Source: Candidatus Aminicenantales bacterium
GTDB taxonomy: Bacteria > Acidobacteriota > Aminicenantia > Aminicenantales > Aminicenantaceae
DNA length: 64,000 nt
NCBI GenBank assembly: GCA_046760305.1
Contig: JBHIDX010000002.1
Coordinates: forward strand, 6,750 to 70,749
Direction of reading: 5' to 3'
The translations under genes and the position numbers were made by a program. Positions 58,060 to 64,000 of the stretch are shown piece after piece (within the stretch, counting starts at the first letter, position 1; every line of letters starts with the position of its first letter). The notes beneath the pieces are model-generated. The model was given only the letters and a program-made list of their open reading frames with translations, had not been told where the DNA came from and ran no database searches.

Positions 58060-59747
58060 ACCCTTATGTCCTCAAGAGAAAGAGCTGTTTTCTTCTCTCC
58101 GAGGTAGTCTGAAAAGTGGAGCGTGTAAGCCAGGTCAATTATTCCCCCTTTCTCAATCTGGGACATGAGCTCAGGCCTGTCCCAGCCCAGGACTTCAAAA
58201 GTCCTGTTTTTCTGCCTGGCATAAAATTTCAGGTGTTTATTCTGAATGAGACGCGGCTCGCTCACCACCTCCACTCCATGTGTCATAAAAACAGGCCTGG
58301 AATTTCCGACTCCGAAGGGAGATAGAAGAGAGTAGTAATCGAGAAAAGAATTTTTTAACCTCTCAAAATCAAGCCTGACATCGAGATAAATTTTGCGGCG
58401 GAGATGCTCGGCCGAGATTCTATCTCCAGCAAGCTTGTTTACTGCTTCTTTAAAGGGTTTTATTTTCTCGCGCAAAATAACACAACCAGCAGCTAAGTTG
58501 TGTCCTCCGTAATTGATGAAAAAATCGCGGCATTCATCAAGGAAACGAATGAGGGAGAACTCACTGATACTCCTCCCGCTGCCATAGGCTTCATCTTGTT
58601 CATAGGAAAAGAGGATCACCGGACGGTGAAAACTGTCTTTGAGCTTGGAGGAGACAATACCGATTACTCCTCTGTGCCAGTCCTCGCAGCCGAGAATGAG
58701 GAATCTGTAGCGGCTGTCAAGAGCTTTCTCTTTAATCATGGTCAGTGCTTCACGGTAAACCTTCTCCTCAACCTGCTGTCTTTTGGAGTTCAGGTACTCG
58801 AGGTGGTTGACAATCTCGAGGGTGGCTGGTGTGGAGCTGGAGAAGAAAAGCTGAACAGCCAGGTCAGCCTTACCCATCCGGCCAGCAGCGTTAAGGCGTG
58901 GCCCAATCCGGTATCCGATATCCCCTACAGAAACTCTTTTTCCTCTCAAGCCGCAGTTAGCGAGCAGACTTCTGAGACCGATGTTTGAAACATCTTCCAG
59001 AGCTTCAAGTCCGTATTTGACGAGTATCCTGTTCTCTCCCCTTAGCTCAGCCACATCAGCCACAGTCCCGATGGAGACAAGCTTTAGATAGTGGCGTAAG
59101 GATTCCTGGCCCTCCTTCTCGGATAGAAGAGCTTGAATAAGCTTGAAAACAACTCCCACACCGGCAAGTCTTCGGTCAGGGTAACCTGAGTCAGTCAGCA
59201 CAGGGTTGAGTATTGCCAGTGCCTCAGGAATTTCTTCGCCGGGAAGATGGTGATCAGTGATTATAGTCTCCACTCCATTTTCTTTCGCTCTGCGGACAAA
59301 ACCGGTCGCCTTCACCCCGCAATCAGCGCTTATAACAAGGCTCGCTCCTCTCTTGAGAACCACATCAAGATATTTCTCCTTGAGACCATAGCCTTCTTCC
59401 AGCCTGTGAGGAATATAATAACTTACTTTTCCACCCCTGGTTTCCAGGAATCTGTAGAGCATGACTACCGATAAGATGCCATCCACGTCATAATCTCCGA
59501 AGAGGACGATATTCTCTCCTTCTGCCAATGCCTTATTTATTCTGGCCACAGCTTTGTCCATATCCTTCATCAGCCATGGGTCAGGGGTGTCAGCCAGTTT
59601 GCCGTAGAGGAATTGATGTGCTCTGGCCGGGTCGTTCACCCCCCGGTTGATCATAATCTGGCTTATCTCAACAGGAAGTCCGAGTTCCAAAGACATCTCC
59701 TCGGCCAGGGATGATCTTGGTCTGAGAATCCACACAGGTTTTTCCAT
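58056..59747 (-). CDS. recJ: Single-stranded-DNA-specific exonuclease RecJ
   Basis: DHH family motifs (LFGDYDVDG, ITDHH) and a DHHA1 region; 563 aa. Confidence 0.85.
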   Translation of the reverse strand: MEKPVWILRPRSSLAEEMSLELGLPVEISQIMINRGVNDPARAHQFLYGKLADTPDPWLMKDMDKAVARINKALAEGENIVLFGDYDVDGILSVVMLYRFLETRGGKVSYYIPHRLEEGYGLKEKYLDVVLKRGASLVISADCGVKATGFVRRAKENGVETIITDHHLPGEEIPEALAILNPVLTDSGYPDRRLAGVGVVFKLIQALLSEKEGQESLRHYLKLVSIGTVADVAELRGENRILVKYGLEALEDVSNIGLRSLLANCGLRGKRVSVGDIGYRIGPRLNAAGRMGKADLAVQLFFSSSTPATLEIVNHLEYLNSKRQQVEEKVYREALTMIKEKALDSRYRFLILGCEDWHRGVIGIVSSKLKDSFHRPVILFSYEQDEAYGSGRSISEFSLIRFLDECRDFFINYGGHNLAAGCVILREKIKPFKEAVNKLAGDRISAEHLRRKIYLDVRLDFERLKNSFLDYYSLLSPFGVGNSRPVFMTHGVEVVSEPRLIQNKHLKFYARQKNRTFEVLGWDRPELMSQIEKGGIIDLAYTLHFSDYLGEKKTALSLEDIRV

Positions 59748-59976
59748 GGGGAGTTAAACTTTACCATAATCATCAACAATCGACAACCTGATGAAGCATC
59801 TCAAAATCCGCGATGATGAATGGCTTCAATTCTGAAAAAGCCCCTCCCCCCAAAATGCCTGGAGCGGTTGGGTCTCCGTCCTCGCTCCGCAGGCCAGAGC
59901 CAAACGGGGAGGCAACGGCGTTAAAAACCCGAAGCGAGCGATTCCCCCTTCCCGGATTCATCTCTCAACAGGTAAA

Positions 59977-60006
59977 TTGACTTTTAAAGGGTTTGAAAAA
60001 TATAAT
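59977..60006 (+). promoter_or_regulatory. Sigma70-like promoter for ftsY giving a leaderless or near-leaderless mRNA
   Basis: TTGACT (59977-59982), an 18-nt spacer, then TATAAT (60001-60006). The ATG at 60016 follows 9 nt later with no SD. Confidence 0.4.
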
Positions 60007-60015
60007 AGTTTAGCT

Positions 60016-60909
60016 ATGGCCCAAGGTCTCCGAAAAAACCTCTCCAAGACAAGAAAAACCTTCAGGGAAAAATTTAAGGAACTTTTCCGCAGCGGAAAAC
60101 AAAGAGAAGAAATCCTGGAAGAGCTTGAGGAAACCATGATCCTGTCCGATATAAGTCTTAACTCCACCGAGAAAATCGTCCAGGCTATAAGAGAGAGGAG
60201 CACCAAAACCGACACTTTCGGCCTCATAGAGAAGCTGCTCGAAGAAGAAATATATCACCTCCTCAGCCTCCATCCGGCTGAATTTTGCCTCGGCAGCGGT
60301 CAGTCAGTGGTGATGATGGTCGGAGTAAACGGCGGGGGAAAGACTACTTCCTTGGCCAAACTCGCCTATTACTTCAAAAAAAGAGGCCAAAAAATTCTCC
60401 TCGTCGCAGCCGACACTTTCAGGGCTGCAGCTCAGGAGCAGCTCGCCATCTGGGGAAAGAAGCTTAAAATTCCGGTCATAAGAGGCCAGTATGGAGCTGA
60501 TCCAGCCTCGGTTGTTTATGACGCCCTCCAGAGCTTCAAAGCACGGGGACTCGACCTCCTCCTCGTGGACACAGCGGGAAGGATTCACACCAATAAAAAC
60601 CTGATGAACGAGCTTGAAAAAATAAAAAGGGTTATCAGCCGGGAAATTGAAGGCGCTCCACAGGAGATTCTTCTTGTTCTGGATGCCAGCACAGGCCAGA
60701 CAGCGATTATCCAGGCCAGAGAATTTCTCAAATTCTCAGGCATTACAGGCATTTTTCTCACCAAACTCGACGGAACTGCCCGGGGCGGAAGCGCCGTAAG
60801 TATCGTCGACGAGCTTGGCCTTCCCATAAAACTCTTGGGGACGGGCGAAAGCGAGAAGGACATGGTTTTTTTCTCTCCCCTGGAGTTTACCAAAGCGTTG
60901 CTCTCATGA
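60016..60909 (+). CDS. ftsY: Signal recognition particle receptor FtsY (short NG-domain form)
   Basis: GTPase motifs GVNGGGKTTS, DTAGR and TKLDG. The start was re-called to the ATG at 60016, because the ORF-track start at 59977 is a TTG that lies inside the promoter -35 element. It is about 297 aa with no acidic A domain. Confidence 0.85.
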   Translation: MAQGLRKNLSKTRKTFREKFKELFRSGKQREEILEELEETMILSDISLNSTEKIVQAIRERSTKTDTFGLIEKLLEEEIYHLLSLHPAEFCLGSGQSVVMMVGVNGGGKTTSLAKLAYYFKKRGQKILLVAADTFRAAAQEQLAIWGKKLKIPVIRGQYGADPASVVYDALQSFKARGLDLLLVDTAGRIHTNKNLMNELEKIKRVISREIEGAPQEILLVLDASTGQTAIIQAREFLKFSGITGIFLTKLDGTARGGSAVSIVDELGLPIKLLGTGESEKDMVFFSPLEFTKALLS

Positions 60910-62006
60910 GTATTCTCAAAGATATTTCCTACATGAAAATGGCCTATGCCCTGGCCGAGAAAGCACGCGGCCGAGCCAGTCCCAATCCTCTTGTGGGAGC
61001 GGTAATCGTAAAAAATAACCTCATCCTTGGCTATGGCTACCACGAAGGCCCTGGCCACCCTCATGCAGAAGCAATGGCTCTGAAGAGGGCAGGAAACCAG
61101 GCTAAAGGCAGCACTCTCTATGTAACCCTTGAGCCCTGCGTTCACTGGGGAAGAACACCTCCCTGTGTGGATGGTATCACCCGGTCAGGCATAAAAAAAG
61201 TCGTCGTCTCCGCTCTCGACCCCAATCCCCTCGTTTACAAAAAGGGCATAAGAAAAATAAAAGAGGCAGGAATAAACGTCTCTAACGGACTTCTCGAAGA
61301 TAAAAACAGCAGCCTCAATGAAGCCTACATCAAATATATGAAAAAAAAGGTACCCTTCGTAACTCTCAAGGCTGCTGTCAGCCTTGACGGGAAAATGGCC
61401 ACCAGGAAATTTGACTCACGGTGGATATCCTCAGATAAAAGCAGGGAGTACAGTCACCTCCTCAGGGGTGAACACGACGCGCTCCTGGTCGGCTCAAACA
61501 CTCTGCTCAAGGATGACCCCAGGCTCACGGTCAGGCATCGTAACTGGAAGGGAAAAAAGATTCTTCGCCTCATCCTGGACAGTTGCCTCCGCTTTCCCCT
61601 TGAGGCTCGAATAATCTCCACGCTCAAGAAAGGAAAGATAATAGTCTTTACTACTGAAAAAGCATCAAAGCAAAAAGCAAATTCTCTCCGCCAAAAAGGA
61701 GTGGAGATTATCTCACTCGCCTCATCATGCGGCAGAGTGGAGCTGAAAAAAGTGCTAGCCTTTCTCGGAGAAAGAGAGATAACAAGCCTTCTGGTTGAGG
61801 GTGGAGGAGAGGTTATTACCTCCTTCATCGAAAAAAAGCTTGCTGATAAAATATTCCTCTTCATCTCCCCACGGTTTATCGGAGGAAAGGATGCGCCTTC
61901 TCTTTTTCAGGCAGAAAGCGTTTCTCAGCTTAAAGAGGCCTACGGGCTGAAAAAGATAAAATGCTTCCGCCTCGAGGAGGATATAATCATGGAAGGATAT
62001 TTCTGA
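60906..62006 (+). CDS. ribD: Bifunctional riboflavin biosynthesis deaminase/reductase
   Basis: Deaminase Zn motifs HAEAMAL and LEPCVHWGRTPPC, plus the C-terminal RibD reductase domain. Confidence 0.9.
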   Translation: MSILKDISYMKMAYALAEKARGRASPNPLVGAVIVKNNLILGYGYHEGPGHPHAEAMALKRAGNQAKGSTLYVTLEPCVHWGRTPPCVDGITRSGIKKVVVSALDPNPLVYKKGIRKIKEAGINVSNGLLEDKNSSLNEAYIKYMKKKVPFVTLKAAVSLDGKMATRKFDSRWISSDKSREYSHLLRGEHDALLVGSNTLLKDDPRLTVRHRNWKGKKILRLILDSCLRFPLEARIISTLKKGKIIVFTTEKASKQKANSLRQKGVEIISLASSCGRVELKKVLAFLGEREITSLLVEGGGEVITSFIEKKLADKIFLFISPRFIGGKDAPSLFQAESVSQLKEAYGLKKIKCFRLEEDIIMEGYF

Positions 62007-62593
62007 TGTTTACGGGCATAATTCATCACACCGGAATCTTCAGAGGCTATAAACGGGCCAGAAGGGAAATAGCTGTTGAAGCTCCTCCTGGATTTCCAGT
62101 GGTTAACATCGGAGAGAGTGTGGCTGTAAACGGAACCTGTCTCAGCCTGATTAAAAAAGAAAAAAAGACGCTTTTTTTCAACATCTCAGAGGAAACACTC
62201 GAAAGAACCACCCTGGGCAAGTTGAAAAGAGGTCAGAAGTTGAACCTCGAGTTGCCGCTTACCCTCTCCTCGCTGACAAGCGGACATCTCCTCACCGGAC
62301 ATGTTGATTCCAAGGGGAAAATAACTAAAATCATCCGCGCAGGAGCGGGAAAAAGACTCACCATCTCCTTCCCTTCCCGGCTCAGGTCTTACCTCATTCC
62401 CAAAGGCTCGGTAGCCATAGACGGAGTGAGCCTGACAGTTGCCTCGCTGGGTCCTTCTTTCCTGGAAACAGAGCTCATCCCCATCACTCTCGAAAAGTCG
62501 AACCTCTCTCAGCTCAGGGCTGGAGATGAGGTCAACATTGAATGTGACATCATCGGAAAATATGTGTATAATTGGATATCAAAGGAAAAGTAG
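62006..62593 (+). CDS. ribE: Riboflavin synthase alpha chain
   Basis: N-terminus MFTGIIHHTG (lumazine-binding repeat 1) and a second repeat. The start was re-called to the internal ATG that overlaps the ribD stop. Confidence 0.85.
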   Translation: MFTGIIHHTGIFRGYKRARREIAVEAPPGFPVVNIGESVAVNGTCLSLIKKEKKTLFFNISEETLERTTLGKLKRGQKLNLELPLTLSSLTSGHLLTGHVDSKGKITKIIRAGAGKRLTISFPSRLRSYLIPKGSVAIDGVSLTVASLGPSFLETELIPITLEKSNLSQLRAGDEVNIECDIIGKYVYNWISKEK

Positions 62594-62624
62594 AAATCGG
62601 CCTCAAAAAGGAAGGTAAAAAACG

Positions 62625-63842
62625 ATGAAAAAGAAATCGACAATAACCACCGTAGAAGAGGCGATTGAAGACGTCCGGCAAGGCAAGTTGATTATCATCA
62701 TTGATGATGAAGACAGGGAAAATGAGGGAGACCTCATGGTTGCTGCAGAAAAAGCAACCCCGGAAATCATCAACTTTATGTCCAAATACGGAAGGGGTCT
62801 CATATGCTTGCCTCTGACAAAAAAAAGGCTCGAAGAACTCCAGCTCCCGCTCATGGTTCAGGAAAACACAGCCCGTTTCGGCACTGCCTTCACCGTCTCC
62901 ATCGATGCCAAAAAAGGTGTTTCAACTGGCATCTCCGCACATGACCGTGCCAGAACCATCCTCACTGCAATCGACCCCAGAACTCAGCCTTCTGACCTGG
63001 CCAGACCAGGCCACATCTTCCCCCTCAGAGCAGCAGACGGAGGTGTGCTCCAGAGAGCAGGTCAGACAGAAGCCTCCATCGACCTCACCCGCCTCGCCGG
63101 CATGACACCAGCAGCGGTCATCTGCGAGATAATGAATGAAGATGGAACGATGGCCAGAATGCCTGAACTCGAAAGATTCAGCGAAGAAAAGGGAATTAAA
63201 ATTCTGACCATCGAGGAACTTATTAAATACAGGATGAAGCATGAAAGGCTGGTACGAAAGGTGGAGGAGGCAGAACTGCCGACAAAATATGGACATTTTA
63301 AAATCATCTCCTTCGAGGACATCATCCACCGCGAGACACACGTCGCCCTGGTGAAGGGAGAGTTAAAAAAAGATGTACCTACCCTGGTCAGGGCTCATTC
63401 ACAATGCCTGACTGGCGAGACTTTCGGCTCCCTCCGTTGCGACTGCGGTGAACAGCTCCACCGAGCGATGGAAATGATTGAAAAAGAGGGAAAAGGAGTT
63501 ATCCTCTATATGCTCAATCAGGAGGGAAGGGGCATCGGCCTGAGCAATAAAATCCAGGCTTATGCCATCCAAGATAGAGGGATGGATACGGTTGAAGCCA
63601 ACCGCAAGCTCGGTTTCAAACCTGACCAGAGAAATTACGGCATAGGCGCCCAGATTCTCGTTTCCCTGGGGATAAACAAACTGAGGCTTATTACCAACAA
63701 CCCGAGAAAGTTTATCGGTCTCACCGGTTACGGACTGGAGATAGTGGAAAGAGTACCCATAGAAATACCTCCCAACAAGATCAACGAGAAATACCTCAAG
63801 ACCAAAAAGGAGAAAATGGGACACATCCTGGAGCTGGTTTAG
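62625..63842 (+). CDS. ribBA: Bifunctional 3,4-dihydroxy-2-butanone-4-phosphate synthase / GTP cyclohydrolase II
   Basis: The DHBP synthase N-terminal half ([11 protein letters not shown]) and the GTP cyclohydrolase II C-terminal half with the Zn-binding CDCG motif and NQEGRGIGL. Confidence 0.9.
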   Translation: MKKKSTITTVEEAIEDVRQGKLIIIIDDEDRENEGDLMVAAEKATPEIINFMSKYGRGLICLPLTKKRLEELQLPLMVQENTARFGTAFTVSIDAKKGVSTGISAHDRARTILTAIDPRTQPSDLARPGHIFPLRAADGGVLQRAGQTEASIDLTRLAGMTPAAVICEIMNEDGTMARMPELERFSEEKGIKILTIEELIKYRMKHERLVRKVEEAELPTKYGHFKIISFEDIIHRETHVALVKGELKKDVPTLVRAHSQCLTGETFGSLRCDCGEQLHRAMEMIEKEGKGVILYMLNQEGRGIGLSNKIQAYAIQDRGMDTVEANRKLGFKPDQRNYGIGAQILVSLGINKLRLITNNPRKFIGLTGYGLEIVERVPIEIPPNKINEKYLKTKKEKMGHILELV

Positions 63843-63846
63843 GAGA

Positions 63847-64000
63847 AATGAGGGAGAATTCTCAGGAAAAAATCGCAGCCTTTAAAAAGCAGCAGAGATT
63901 GAAAACACTCCAAGAGCTGGTCAAAATAAAGGCTTCATGGGTACCAAAAGTCCTGCTCGAGCACCTGGAAGATTCGAGCGAAGAAATACGGAATTTTATC
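63847..64000 (+). CDS. Partial ORF (N-terminal 51 aa, continues past the window end). Hypothetical, and not RibH-like.
   Basis: Manual translation gives MRENSQEKIAAFKKQQRLKTLQELVKIKASWVPKVLLEHLEDSSEEIRNFI in an open frame to the window end. Confidence 0.25.

Noticed and set aside
59820-59950. SRP RNA (ffs) or tRNA in the GC-rich recJ-ftsY intergenic element
   Set aside because: I found no match to the 4.5S domain IV consensus (GGAAGGAAGCAGCC-type helix 8). I found no T-loop GTTCRANYC and no cloverleaf. It is kept only as an unclassified structured element.
59773-60273. Minus-strand ORFs 59773..59961, 59958..60227 and 60010..60273 around the ftsY start
   Set aside because: They lie across the recJ/ftsY divergent promoter region and the 5' end of ftsY. 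They have no SD and no motif, and they conflict with the well-supported ftsY N-terminus.

Overview
This 64 kb window is a gene-dense bacterial chromosomal segment with moderate GC content. The ORF track omits ORFs that run off either window edge, and I recovered both edge ORFs by reading the sequence directly. Almost all of the window is coding and most of it is conserved housekeeping. The housekeeping content is: a Tat-exported three-subunit molybdenum hydroxylase (2Fe-2S, Moco and FAD subunits); atpF'-atpF-atpH-atpA-atpG-atpD-atpC (no a/c subunits) continuing into a TrmN6-like methyltransferase and hldC; folC and accD; rsmA(ksgA) and ftsK; ricT(yaaT), holB and uvrA with a divergent MrfA/YprA-like helicase; trkA/trkH; tolQ-tolR-tolA-tolB-pal-cpoB followed by ssb; an lptB-rpoN-hpf-ptsN-hprK-rapZ-EIIA(Man)-ptsH-ptsI regulatory PTS cluster with no EIIB/EIIC permease; recJ; ftsY; and ribD-ribE-ribBA. 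A signalling island at about 25.5-34.4 kb encodes a sigma54-activator response regulator, a 4xPAS HD-GYP protein, a CheY, a NarL-type two-component pair with a PAS kinase, a second HD-GYP protein, and an ECF sigma/ZAS anti-sigma pair. I found no rRNA or tRNA genes, no CRISPR arrays, and no transposases or integrases. The gene order (split atp operon, regulatory PTS next to rpoN) resembles Geobacter-like Deltaproteobacteria, but that is memory-based and unverified. The observations most worth follow-up are: (i) a LutB-LutA-type fused Fe-S oxidoreductase translationally coupled to a PflA-like/AmmeMemoRadiSam-type radical SAM enzyme that has an extra Zn-ribbon and no AMMECR1/MEMO1 partners; (ii) a UvrA that appears to lack the ~110-aa insertion domain; (iii) a 625-aa membrane-anchored LptC/LptA-like protein upstream of lptB; (iv) an orphan 20-aa Cys-containing sORF with an SD and an intrinsic terminator; and (v) several apparently leaderless transcripts and a GC-rich structured element between recJ and ftsY.
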